64,000 nucleotides of DNA from Bacteroidota bacterium (GCA_013288345.1 JABDCA010000004.1:67577-131576), one strand, 5' to 3'; counted from the stretch's first letter, positions 37,688 through 47,386 are shown. The notes: generated from the sequence alone by a model not told the origin. Translations and numbers: made by a program.

Positions 37688-40630
37688 CTATTTTTCAATA
37701 ACAAACCTACCGGACGAAACGAGAGCGCTCTTATCTGTAACTACTCTATAAAAATAGATTCCTTGGGGCTTGTCAGATAAATTAAGTTCTGTTTGCGCAG
37801 AATGTAATGCCGACTCATAAACCTTTTCACCCATTATGTTATACACCTCCATATTCGTAATTCCTAATTCGTAATTCGTAATTTCAATATTAAATACTCC
37901 ATTACTTGGGTTAGGGTAAATGGTAACACTATTATCGGTTTGAATAGTATTAACCGAAGTAGCAATATCTTCTACTACAGTGTTCAAGGTTGTGTTTGTT
38001 ATTACCGGGGCGTTAAAGTCAAAATAAATATAACCGGTATTTTTTATAACTTTCCCTATAAACAATACACCTTTTTTAGGTTTTATACGATATTGTATAA
38101 AGCCTGTTGAGCCTTTTAAATTGGCACTACTGTCGGGTAAATTAATATTCGGGAAGTTTACATTAAGCACATTATCTTTTAAGTGTACTGTATTCGTGTT
38201 GCTGTAATTAATAAGCTCAAATGTTTCAGGATTTAATTTTGAATCCAACGTGTCAACCACTAAAATGTTTTGAGCGGCAGCACTGCCTGTATTCTGAAAA
38301 TAAACGGTGTAAACAAACCATCCTTTCCAATGTTCCACCACGTTTACCGGGTAAACTGTTTTTATATTCGGGTCGTGCGAATTTACAACAGGGTAGCAAT
38401 AGCGGTACTTATTATTGTCAGGGTTATTATCGGCAAGCGGTGTAACCAAAACGTCTATGCAAATTGAATCGCCTGCCTTTGCAGCGGTGTCGGTATTCAA
38501 TAAAATGCCAAAATCAGTCTTGTTATTTACAGCTCCAAAATCGGCAATTGAATAGGTAAACACATTACCGGTAACCATTGGAACCATTGCACCTGCAGCA
38601 GGGCCAGCATATTTAACAGGGCCCCATATTTGTATTTTAACAGTACCGCTATCTCCTTTAGCGCAATTAAGTCCATACCATTGCGATACATCTCCGGCAA
38701 GCACATTTACACGATGTTGGGTTCCGGGAAATGGCAATCCGTATGTAACAATAGATTGTACGCCTAAATCGAAACCCGATTTACAGGTAAAAGAGAAGTT
38801 GACGTTTGTATCAATACCGTTAATAGTTACAACCGAATCGGCACCCGGGTGCGGGCATTGTACTTCAAATGGCATTCCAATAGTATCTGCAACAACCGTG
38901 TAGGTACCTGCCGAGTCAGGAAAGTCATAAACCCCGTTACTGGCTGTATAGGTTAGCCCTTGCCAGTTATTCTGATTGTTGAAAATATCAATGGGCACAT
39001 TTATTACGTTCATATCTCCCGAATCTTTTTTGCAGTCACTGTTCATGTCCTTATAAGTAAAACCAACAACACCTTTAGCGGTAGGGCATCCGCATGAATT
39101 ACCCAAGCTACACAAAGGATACGCCAGAGTAGTTTTATCCATTGCATGCACATAATTTGGCAGGCAATGAAAAGGATTACCTGCTATGTTAATTCCATTG
39201 GTATCTATTAAAGTGAGCGGGAAAACAGGAAAGCAGGCTATGTTATTATTAGTACACCACAGATAACCAAGACCATTAGGCAGCAGTGGCAGATTTGTTA
39301 GTTGATTTGAACTGCAACTTAGCTTATACAAAGATGCAGGCAGTGCTGGCAAACTTACTAAGCTATCGTATATGCATACTAATGTATTGAGTGAAGCGGG
39401 CAATGTTGGAAGACCTTTAGACAATTGATTAGCGGAACAATCGAGGTACTGAAGTGAGCCTGGTAAAGCCGGAAGGCTTGGCAAAATATTAGCAGAACAA
39501 TTTAAATTATTGAGTGATGGTGGTAAAGCAGGTAAAACGGGTAATTGATTTTGACTGCAATCTAAATAAGAGAGGTTACCGGGCAAAGCTGGTAATACAG
39601 GTAATTGGTTTACATGACAGTCTAAATAATAAAGCAGACTTGGCAAAGAAGGCAATACAGGCAATTGGTTATTGGCACAAATCAGGGTCTGCAACGAAGT
39701 AGATAATGCCGGTAATGCAGGCAGGTAATTATACGAACAGTCTAAATAATTTAATGTATTTGGCAAAACCGGCAGCACAGGTAATTGGTTGTTGTAACAT
39801 TTCAAAATTTGTAATGAATCGGGCAAGGTTGGCAAAACGGGCAATTGGTTATTAGCGCAAATAAGGGTAATTAGTGCTGAATCTAACGCAGGTAAAGCAG
39901 GAAGCACATTACCATAGCAACTTAAATAGCTAAGCGACCTTGGTAAAGCCGGTAAGCCGCCAAGTACATTATTATTGCAGCTTAAATAAGTGAGTGATGG
40001 TGGCAAAACAGGAAGGCTGCTCAGTTTGTTAGCACTACACTCTATACTTTTTAAAGAGTCGGGTAATGCAGGGAGGCTTGACAATCCATTATAAAGGCAG
40101 TTTAAAAATGTAAGTGCAGAATCTAAAACAGGCAAACTACCGATGGCACCATTACCATCGCAGTCCAGATACCTAAGCCCCTTTGGTAAAGAAGGTAATT
40201 TCGATAACTGATTATTATAACACACCATATATACCAATGGTGCCGGCAATGAATCAATGTTTTTCAGAAGCGTGTTTCCACAAATCAGAGAATCAAGAGT
40301 GAGTGGCAAATGCCTAATGGAATCAATTCTATTTGTATCAATAATAGGATATGTATTTCCACAATCTAATGTAATGAGCGAAGTAAAATATTGAATGCCC
40401 GTTAAATCAGTTATACCTCTATTCTCAACCGATATGCGACTGAGACCAGTAACAGCAGAATTTGTAGTGTCCATTTGGTTACCCTTCATAGCTGAAGGAA
40501 TAACAGCATTGAGGTAAGTAGCAAAATTGGCATCGGGTATAGTTACATATTGCGCCGAAAGACACGAAGCAATGATTGATAAGACAACTGTGACTATTGA
40601 CTTGTAGAGGTTTACGGAGATGGTTTTCAT
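37688..40630 (-). CDS. leucine-rich-repeat surface protein with T9SS type-A sorting domain
   Basis: 980 aa. Signal peptide, then about 18 units of a 20-21-aa LxxLxCxxNxLxxLPxLPxS repeat. Ig-like/DUF11-like region (DPNIKTVYP...YFQNTGSAAAQN). CTD VTIYPNPSNGVFNIEI...VYNIMGEKV...GIYFYRV. Confidence 0.85.
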   Translation of the reverse strand: MKTISVNLYKSIVTVVLSIIASCLSAQYVTIPDANFATYLNAVIPSAMKGNQMDTTNSAVTGLSRISVENRGITDLTGIQYFTSLITLDCGNTYPIIDTNRIDSIRHLPLTLDSLICGNTLLKNIDSLPAPLVYMVCYNNQLSKLPSLPKGLRYLDCDGNGAIGSLPVLDSALTFLNCLYNGLSSLPALPDSLKSIECSANKLSSLPVLPPSLTYLSCNNNVLGGLPALPRSLSYLSCYGNVLPALPALDSALITLICANNQLPVLPTLPDSLQILKCYNNQLPVLPVLPNTLNYLDCSYNYLPALPALSTSLQTLICANNQLPVLPSLPSLLYYLDCHVNQLPVLPALPGNLSYLDCSQNQLPVLPALPPSLNNLNCSANILPSLPALPGSLQYLDCSANQLSKGLPTLPASLNTLVCIYDSLVSLPALPASLYKLSCSSNQLTNLPLLPNGLGYLWCTNNNIACFPVFPLTLIDTNGINIAGNPFHCLPNYVHAMDKTTLAYPLCSLGNSCGCPTAKGVVGFTYKDMNSDCKKDSGDMNVINVPIDIFNNQNNWQGLTYTASNGVYDFPDSAGTYTVVADTIGMPFEVQCPHPGADSVVTINGIDTNVNFSFTCKSGFDLGVQSIVTYGLPFPGTQHRVNVLAGDVSQWYGLNCAKGDSGTVKIQIWGPVKYAGPAAGAMVPMVTGNVFTYSIADFGAVNNKTDFGILLNTDTAAKAGDSICIDVLVTPLADNNPDNNKYRYCYPVVNSHDPNIKTVYPVNVVEHWKGWFVYTVYFQNTGSAAAQNILVVDTLDSKLNPETFELINYSNTNTVHLKDNVLNVNFPNINLPDSSANLKGSTGFIQYRIKPKKGVLFIGKVIKNTGYIYFDFNAPVITNTTLNTVVEDIATSVNTIQTDNSVTIYPNPSNGVFNIEITNYELGITNMEVYNIMGEKVYESALHSAQTELNLSDKPQGIYFYRVVTDKSALVSSGRFVIEK
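37854..37881. repeat. heptanucleotide tandem repeat (TTCGTAA x4, one TTCCTAA variant) inside the CDS
   Basis: Read directly: ttcgtaa ttcctaa ttcgtaa ttcgtaa. On the coding strand it encodes ITNYELGITN within the T9SS CTD. Confidence 0.85.
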
Positions 40631-40886
40631 AGCTAGTATTTATTAGTGATGGTTAACAAATCAATTTGTAAATCGAAGTAAAATTAGAAGCAGTGGTTCA
40701 TCAAAAAAGTGGTAATTAGTGAATGGAGCGTATGAGTTAGTGAACGGTGAAAATGTGGTTGTATTGTTTAATCTAAATGATACAATTCAACTGGCTTATA
40801 TACACAGATACGGAACAACATGCCAAAGGGTTGGGCTTATGAGATTATATTTACACGAATGCGAACTGAGGAAAGCAATAGTAGTT

Positions 40887-41013
40887 CGCGTTAGGGATTG
40901 CAGTGGAAAGCCCACAGCGCAGCGAGGACTTGCAACGTAAAGCCCGACCCGAGGCACGAGGGGAACGCCCAAAAAAAATACTGAGATTGCTTCGTTCCTC
41001 GCAATGACGGGAA
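40887..41013 (+). repeat. intergenic repeat R1, copy B
   Basis: See copy A (29918..30040). Followed by further short hairpin modules up to about 41080. Confidence 0.8.
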
Positions 41014-41115
41014 TTGGAATAGATGCTTCGCCAACTCAGTATGACAAAAAATCCTCCTCCTGCCCCCTCCAGCGGGGGACATAGAACCAACACCTAAATA
41101 GACGATATTTGTATA

Positions 41116-43215
41116 ATGGAAACCGAAGTAGTACTGCGCGTAAACGGAATGCACTGCAATAGCTGTGCTGCAACGGTAACATCTACCCTTAAGCAACAGG
41201 GCATGGAAGATGTGAACGTGAGCTATACCGCTTGCGAGGCTACTTTTGCAAACCCGCAGCATAAAGATGTTGAAGCAATAATAAAGAGCATTAACAGCCT
41301 TGGTTACGCAGCCAGCCTGCCCACACCCGATAAAGAAGAAAAAGTATCGTATGGCTTAGAAATAAGAGTTGCCATTGCGGCAGTACTTACCCTACCCTTG
41401 TTTCTGCATATGTTTCTGCCCATTATGTTTTTGCATAATGCATTGGTGCAATTGGGTCTCTGCCTGCCTGTATTTATAATGGGTTTGCTGTATTTCGGTA
41501 AAAGCGCATGGGGTTCGTTAAAAGTCAAAACTCCGAATATGGATGTGCTCATTACCATGGGCTTTTGTGCTTCGTTTGTATACAGCCTGCTGGCTATGCG
41601 CCACTACCCTATTATGACCCACACAGCCTTTTTCGAAACCTGCTCTACCATTATTACCCTTGTGCTGGTGGGCAACCTGATAGAGAAGCGATCGGTGAGC
41701 CAAACCACATCGGCCCTTACAAGTTTGTTGAAAATACAAAAGCAAAAGGCCCGCAGGGTGGTAAGCCACGAAGGCCACGAAGACACAGTAGAAACCGATT
41801 ACCGCGACCTGCAGATTGGCGATATATTACAAGTAGTAAAAGGCGAAAGCATACCGGTAGATGGCATACTGACCGAAGGAAGCGCGTCGGTAAATGAGAG
41901 TATGATAACGGGCGAAAGCGCTGCGGTATTAAAGAATATCGGCGATACCCTTACCGGTGGAACCATTATAGTGAACGGGCATTTGCACATGCGTGCCGAG
42001 AAGGTCGGCAACCAAACCGTAGTAGCCGGAATTATAGATATGGTAAAGAAAGCACAGGGCTCTGCACCTAAGATACAACGCATAGGCGATAAGGTAAGCG
42101 CGGTATTTGTGCCCATAGTAATGGGCATTGCAGCACTTACCTTTATACTCTGTAAGTACGCTTTCCACCTTACATTAGAGAATTCGATATTGAACAGCAT
42201 TGGAGTATTGGTAGTTGCCTGCCCTTGTGCTATGGGCCTTGCTACACCTACCGCTGTGGCTGTTGCGCTGGGCAGGGCTGCACAAAAAGGCATATTGATA
42301 AAAGGTGCCGACACTATGGAAGCCCTCGCCGAAATAAAAACCATCGCCCTCGATAAAACTGGTACACTTACCACAGGGGCATTCGCAGTAAAGAACATAA
42401 GCCCACTTACCGATGAGATAAAGAATGTGCTGTTCAGCATGGAGCAATACTCTACCCACCCTATTGCCAAATCGATTGTAGCACATTTAAAAGATTCTGC
42501 CAAAAAAATAACCTTAAACAATGTTCAGGAAGAAGAAGGACTTGGGCTGAAAGCGACTGACGGCGATGGACACAATTACAAATTGGGGTCATACAAAGTA
42601 GCTGAGAAACTAACCGACGATAAGAGCCATTCGGCTTACCTAATTAAAGATGACAAGCTGATTGCCACTATAGACCTGGAAGATGAAATCCGTAAAAATG
42701 CAGAAACTGCGATACGCGAACTGGAACAGGAGGGCATACATATTGTAATGATAAGTGGCGATAAAAAGGAAAAATGTGAAGAGATTGCCTCCAAACTGGG
42801 TATAACTGAGGTTCATGCCGAACAGCTCCCTTACCAAAAGTTTGACCGAATTAGTGCTTTATCACAACAAAGTCCTACAGCTATGGTGGGCGATGGCATA
42901 AACGATGCCCCTGCTTTGGCAATGGCTAATGTGGGCATATCGTTAGGTGCAGCAACCAAGATTGCCATGCAGTCGGCACAGGTATTATTGCTTAGCGATA
43001 ACGACCTGCAGCAACTGCCCAAAGTGTTCACTATCAGCAAAAAAACGCTCAGGGTTATAAAACAGAACCTTTTCTGGGCCTTTGTATACAATATTGTGGC
43101 TATTCCACTGGCTGCTTCAGGCATTTTGAGCCCAATGGCAAGCGCCTTCAGCATGGCCTTTTCGGATGTTATTGTTATAGGGAACTCGTTGCGGTTGAAA
43201 CGGATGATTAAGTAA
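41116..43215 (+). CDS. heavy-metal-translocating P1B-type ATPase, probably Cu(I)
   Basis: N-terminal HMA domain with GMHCNSCA, TM CPC motif (ACPCAMGLATP), DKTGT, YNxxxxP (VYNIVAIP) and GDGINDAP. The last TM has MAFSD rather than the canonical MxxSS. Confidence 0.88.
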   Translation: METEVVLRVNGMHCNSCAATVTSTLKQQGMEDVNVSYTACEATFANPQHKDVEAIIKSINSLGYAASLPTPDKEEKVSYGLEIRVAIAAVLTLPLFLHMFLPIMFLHNALVQLGLCLPVFIMGLLYFGKSAWGSLKVKTPNMDVLITMGFCASFVYSLLAMRHYPIMTHTAFFETCSTIITLVLVGNLIEKRSVSQTTSALTSLLKIQKQKARRVVSHEGHEDTVETDYRDLQIGDILQVVKGESIPVDGILTEGSASVNESMITGESAAVLKNIGDTLTGGTIIVNGHLHMRAEKVGNQTVVAGIIDMVKKAQGSAPKIQRIGDKVSAVFVPIVMGIAALTFILCKYAFHLTLENSILNSIGVLVVACPCAMGLATPTAVAVALGRAAQKGILIKGADTMEALAEIKTIALDKTGTLTTGAFAVKNISPLTDEIKNVLFSMEQYSTHPIAKSIVAHLKDSAKKITLNNVQEEEGLGLKATDGDGHNYKLGSYKVAEKLTDDKSHSAYLIKDDKLIATIDLEDEIRKNAETAIRELEQEGIHIVMISGDKKEKCEEIASKLGITEVHAEQLPYQKFDRISALSQQSPTAMVGDGINDAPALAMANVGISLGAATKIAMQSAQVLLLSDNDLQQLPKVFTISKKTLRVIKQNLFWAFVYNIVAIPLAASGILSPMASAFSMAFSDVIVIGNSLRLKRMIK

Positions 43216-43343
43216 TGGCACACAGATGAGACGGATAGAACAGGTTTACACAGATAAAATCGGTGAACATCAGCCAAATCAGTGTTATCCGTGTTCCATT
43301 TGAAGAAATATTACCGATATAGCCTCTAATTACAAATAAACCT

Positions 43344-43351
43344 TATTTTTG
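43344..43351 (+). promoter_or_regulatory. -7 promoter box (TAnnTTTG)
   Basis: TATTTTTG, 25 nt upstream of the ATG at 43377. Confidence 0.4.
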
Positions 43352-43376
43352 CAGACTTTAAAATTGTAACACACCC

Positions 43377-44045
43377 ATGGCCGACGAAAAACAAGACGTA
43401 TTACTCGATGTAGAATCAAGATGGAGTAATGTGGAAGACTTCTTTCAACAGAACAAAAAGCGCGTTTCTACCATCGCTACTGTATTATTAGTTGCTATTG
43501 CAGGCTACGTAGGCTATACTTTTTGGTATATGCCCGGCCAGGAGCAAGAGGCAGAAGTTGCCATATTCCCTGCACAACGCCTTTTTGGCATGGACTCTAT
43601 CAACAAATCTATGCCCATGTTTCAGCAAATAGTTGATGACTATGGTTCTACCAAAGTTGGTCATACCGCTAACTACTACCTGGGTGTATGCTACTTCCAA
43701 AAGAAACAATACCAACAAGCTATTGACTGCTTTGCTAAGTTCAATGCAGGAGACGTGATGTTGAGTCCGCTTGCAGCAGGTATGATGGGCGATGCAGAAA
43801 TGCAATTGGGCCAGAACGATGCAGCGCTTGAAGACTACCTTACCGCAGTTAAGAGAAGCAATAACCAGCTTACTACCCCTATATTTTTAAAGAAAGCGGC
43901 TTTTGTTTGCGAACAAAAAGGTGATTACTCGCAAGCATTGAGCCTTTATCAGAATATTAAAACGCAATACCACACTAGCCAGGAAGCTCAGGATATAGAT
44001 AAGTATATTGCCAGGGCCAAGGTGAAATCGGGTACTGCGCAATAA
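43377..44045 (+). CDS. membrane-anchored TPR-like protein (YfgM-like architecture)
   Basis: One TM helix (VSTIATVLLVAIAGYVGYTFWY), then TPR-like repeats. Confidence 0.55.
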   Translation: MADEKQDVLLDVESRWSNVEDFFQQNKKRVSTIATVLLVAIAGYVGYTFWYMPGQEQEAEVAIFPAQRLFGMDSINKSMPMFQQIVDDYGSTKVGHTANYYLGVCYFQKKQYQQAIDCFAKFNAGDVMLSPLAAGMMGDAEMQLGQNDAALEDYLTAVKRSNNQLTTPIFLKKAAFVCEQKGDYSQALSLYQNIKTQYHTSQEAQDIDKYIARAKVKSGTAQ

Positions 44046-44057
44046 ACACTCAATCCA

Positions 44058-44537
44058 TTGGCCTCGCGCGCTAAAGCTTACACAACTACAGGACGTAAGT
44101 TTTCCTTAACCGGCAAACGCATTGGTATTACCGTTGCCCAATGGCATAACGATATTACCGAACCCCTTTTAAAAGGTGCATTGGCCGTGCTTAAAAAAGG
44201 CGGCATAAAGGATAAGGACATTGTCATTACAAACGCTCCCGGAAGTTTTGAATTACCTCTTACGGCTCAAAGGCTAATTGTTGACGACGAAGTAGATGCA
44301 GTGCTTTGCCTCGGTTGCATCATACAAGGCGAAACCCCTCACTTCGATTATATATCGCAAGCAGTGGCAAATGGCATAATGAATGTTGGCCTCGCATATA
44401 ATATTCCGGTGATATTTGGCGTTTTAACTACCAATACATTGCAGCAGGCTAAAGAACGCAGTGGTGGCAAACATGGCAACAAGGGTGCCGATGCAGCTAC
44501 AGCAGCATTAGAACTGCTTGAAAACAAAAAGCGATAA
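44058..44537 (+). CDS. ribH: 6,7-dimethyl-8-ribityllumazine synthase
   Basis: IGITVAQWHNDITEPLLKGA...VPGSFELP-like...GCIIQGETPHFDYI. Apparent TTG start. Confidence 0.9.
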   Translation: MASRAKAYTTTGRKFSLTGKRIGITVAQWHNDITEPLLKGALAVLKKGGIKDKDIVITNAPGSFELPLTAQRLIVDDEVDAVLCLGCIIQGETPHFDYISQAVANGIMNVGLAYNIPVIFGVLTTNTLQQAKERSGGKHGNKGADAATAALELLENKKR

Positions 44538-44547
44538 GGAGGAGAGC

Positions 44548-45141
44548 ATGTCAAAGAACGTAACCGATTTTTCATCAATATTCGTAAAGCAGCTAAAACC
44601 TGAAAAAGGAGTGTTATTACTTGCCGAACCTTTCATGGAAAGCCCTGAGTTTAAGCGTTCCGTTATACTTATTGCAGAACATAATGATAAAGGCACAATG
44701 GGTTTTATCCTAAGCCGCAAGCTTAATATTACCCCATCACAAGCAATCGATAACTTCCCTGAATTTGATGATGAGCTATACTACGGCGGGCCGGTAAATG
44801 CTGACCAGTTGTTTTACCTGCACACTAAGCCTAAATTATTAGAAGGAAGCATAGAAGTAATGCCCGGCATTTATTTAGGCGGCGATTACGAAGCCTTAAA
44901 GAACCTTATAGATATTAAAAAGATAACTCCGAAGGATATCCGCTTTTTTGTGGGGTATTCAGGTTGGTCGGCGGGGCAGTTGAAGAAAGAACTGAAAGAA
45001 AACTCATGGATCGTTATGCCTGGTGCCCTCGACCATTTTAAAGCCACCAACAACAAAAACCTCTGGAAAGAAATACTGAAAGGCAAAGGCGGCAAATACT
45101 CCGTAGTTGCTGATTTCCCTGAGGACCCTACCCTAAACTAA
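44548..45141 (+). CDS. YqgE/AlgH-family (UPF0301) protein
   Basis: GVLLLAEPFM...F.RSVILI.EH...G..GFIL...GGPV pattern. The start could be 44518 or 44548. Confidence 0.75.
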   Translation: MSKNVTDFSSIFVKQLKPEKGVLLLAEPFMESPEFKRSVILIAEHNDKGTMGFILSRKLNITPSQAIDNFPEFDDELYYGGPVNADQLFYLHTKPKLLEGSIEVMPGIYLGGDYEALKNLIDIKKITPKDIRFFVGYSGWSAGQLKKELKENSWIVMPGALDHFKATNNKNLWKEILKGKGGKYSVVADFPEDPTLN

Positions 45142-45146
45142 ATCTT

Positions 45147-45725
45147 GTGAACTTCCTTGCACACTTATATTTGGCAGGAGAAGATGAAGGACTTATAGTC
45201 GGTAACTTTATTGCCGACTCGGTAAAGGGCAATAAGTACAATGACTATGCACCGGGCATTGCAAAGGGCATTCAAATGCACCGCGAAATAGATTTCTTTA
45301 GCGATACACATCCTGTTTACAGGCAAACCGTTCATCGCCTCGCTCCTACATATGGTAAGTTCTCCGGCGTTATTACCGATATGTTCTACGATTACTTCCT
45401 TGCACTCTACTGGAAAGATTATTCAGACAAACCCTTAGACGCATTTGCACAAGATGCCTACTCTATTCTGCTAAAATACCAGGCAGACTTCCCTGAGAAG
45501 AGCCGCATCATACTTACCTATATGAGCAAATACAACTGGTTGGTATCATACGCTAAAATTGAAGGGTTACGCCGCGCACTAAAAGGCTTATCAGAACGAA
45601 TGAAGTATTACTCACCCATGGATGAAGCAGTGAAAGAATTGGAAAAAGATTTTGAGTTATACAGGAATGATTTCGTAGAGTTTTTCCCATTATTGCAAAA
45701 GCATGTGGAGCATTTCAAGGCTTAG
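45147..45725 (+). CDS. acyl carrier protein phosphodiesterase (AcpH)-like protein
   Basis: MNFLAHLYLAG...GNFIADSVKG N-terminus as recalled for the AcpH/DUF479 family. GTG start. Confidence 0.65.
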   Translation: MNFLAHLYLAGEDEGLIVGNFIADSVKGNKYNDYAPGIAKGIQMHREIDFFSDTHPVYRQTVHRLAPTYGKFSGVITDMFYDYFLALYWKDYSDKPLDAFAQDAYSILLKYQADFPEKSRIILTYMSKYNWLVSYAKIEGLRRALKGLSERMKYYSPMDEAVKELEKDFELYRNDFVEFFPLLQKHVEHFKA

Positions 45726-47386
45726 CAGCCATCACCCACACGAAGCTCTTCTAAATACCTAATGTCATTTAGTTTTATACCATAGAATCCTTTACGGTTT
45801 TCGGCATTGAAGTTGCCACGGAGCATATCGCCAATTGAGCGGCCCGGATAAGGAACTGAGAAGTAGTAATACTTGCCTTGTATAAATCGTTCCTTGCCAT
45901 TTATCTTCACAAAACTTGAATCGGCCCGTTTGTAAAACACGATACTATCGTTTACTATACCATTCTTAGCAGAATTCTCAACCAATATTATCCACTTACC
46001 ATCAGGGTAGAACACACTATCTAAGGGCATGTGCTTAAAGGCATGTTGTGGGGAGTTTGCAGCATACTCCATTTCCCATGAAGGGATACAGGATGCAGTA
46101 GTAGCAAAATATAATTCTTTCTTAATACCCTTATTATCCATTATCACACGCGTGCCATTAATCCAATCACCCAGGCAAGCATTGTCTCCCAAATAGACTA
46201 CATCTGATGTCGAGGAGTCTTTTTGAATAGTATCAATCATGTTGTAATATGCTTGTAACTGGGCAGTGTAAGAAGATGTATTTGCATTGGTGTTCTTTGC
46301 AAATAAAAGGATTGCCATTCCGTATGCTACTAACATAGCCGTATACCATTTGCCCGATAGTTTTTTTATCTCGCTTAGTGCAACTCCAGTTAATATGAGT
46401 GGATAAATAAGCCATGGAATAAGGTAATGGTGTTGGTCATCGAGTTTAATGCCTTTGAGAAGTACAAGTTGAATGATTGCCCAAACTACAAATACAAAGC
46501 AGAGTTTTACCAGAAAACTTTTCTCAATTGTTTTCCACATAAGCACCAATAATACTAATGGTGCCAAAAAGAAAGCCGCTCCACCTACAAACTGAAATGT
46601 ATTATAAACAGCAATAGATAGCAATGATTCAGGGTAAGAATAACCATATACCTTTTTAATATGCAGAACAGTGGCAAGCAGGCATAGAAAGGGGATAACA
46701 TAAGCCAACTTAGAAAAAACGTATTCTTTCATCAACAACTTCTTTGTAGGATTAAAGAATAAATAGTCGGTAAGCAACAACACAGGAATACAGAATATGA
46801 AACTCTCTTTGCTTATTGATGCCAGAAAAAATAAAAATGCCGGCAACAAATAGAATCCGGTTATTCCTTTCTTCCGGTAACGCAACCAAAAGTAAATACC
46901 AGCCAACAAAAACATCTCCCCAATATTTTGAGCCGGAGGAATCAGCGTCCACCAGGTTTCATTGTTCCGGCCAAATACATACACACCAAGCACTAAAAAT
47001 GCAGATAGCCTGTCCACATCAAAGCATGTAAATATGCATAGTAAAAAGAATGCCGAAAGGAATAGTATTACAAGATTAGACAAACGGAACAGATGAGTAT
47101 TGTCTCCGCATATCTTGCAAAGCAATTCATCATAGCTCCAGCTCAGGGGCCTGAAGCGCCCAATATGCATATCAATACCGAAACAACCCTTAAGGTCAGG
47201 GGTATTCCCATATAGTGCTGCTTTATATGAATCTGAAACTTTATCCGGATGAAGCATTGCTAATGCCCTGTGATCATCTCCATAAGAGAAAGGCAAATGA
47301 TACACCTTATGTGTAGCAACAAAGAACAGTACGGTTAGTAGTACTGAAATAATAAGGTTATAGGATATGGTGGCCTTTGTTCTCAT
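45722..47386 (-). CDS. polytopic membrane protein, possible GT-C-fold glycosyltransferase
   Basis: 554 aa, about 11 TM helices, then a soluble C-terminal domain. Early DD motif (FSYGDDHRA). Family not recognised with certainty. Confidence 0.4.
   Translation of the reverse strand: MRTKATISYNLIISVLLTVLFFVATHKVYHLPFSYGDDHRALAMLHPDKVSDSYKAALYGNTPDLKGCFGIDMHIGRFRPLSWSYDELLCKICGDNTHLFRLSNLVILFLSAFFLLCIFTCFDVDRLSAFLVLGVYVFGRNNETWWTLIPPAQNIGEMFLLAGIYFWLRYRKKGITGFYLLPAFLFFLASISKESFIFCIPVLLLTDYLFFNPTKKLLMKEYVFSKLAYVIPFLCLLATVLHIKKVYGYSYPESLLSIAVYNTFQFVGGAAFFLAPLVLLVLMWKTIEKSFLVKLCFVFVVWAIIQLVLLKGIKLDDQHHYLIPWLIYPLILTGVALSEIKKLSGKWYTAMLVAYGMAILLFAKNTNANTSSYTAQLQAYYNMIDTIQKDSSTSDVVYLGDNACLGDWINGTRVIMDNKGIKKELYFATTASCIPSWEMEYAANSPQHAFKHMPLDSVFYPDGKWIILVENSAKNGIVNDSIVFYKRADSSFVKINGKERFIQGKYYYFSVPYPGRSIGDMLRGNFNAENRKGFYGIKLNDIRYLEELRVGDGC

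Noticed and set aside
39220-40290. CRISPR-like regular roughly 60-66-nt periodicity in the DNA.
   Set aside because: The periodicity lies wholly inside a 980-aa ORF and corresponds to 20-21-aa leucine-rich repeats. The units are degenerate with no unique spacers, and there are no cas genes or leader.
40719-41262. Track ORFs 40719..40940, 40851..41093 and 40891..41262 as genes between the LRR gene and the ATPase.
   Set aside because: They span the R1 repeat and other short modules also found at 29918..30040 and 37577..37618. There is no coding signature.
41799-43277. Long antisense ORFs (240 aa at 41799..42521, 148 aa at 42831..43277, and several of 60-130 aa) opposite the metal ATPase gene.
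   Set aside because: The sense strand has unmistakable P-type ATPase motifs across the whole span. Antisense ORFs of this kind are expected in a locally G+C-rich gene, and their sequences are low-complexity with no recognisable family.
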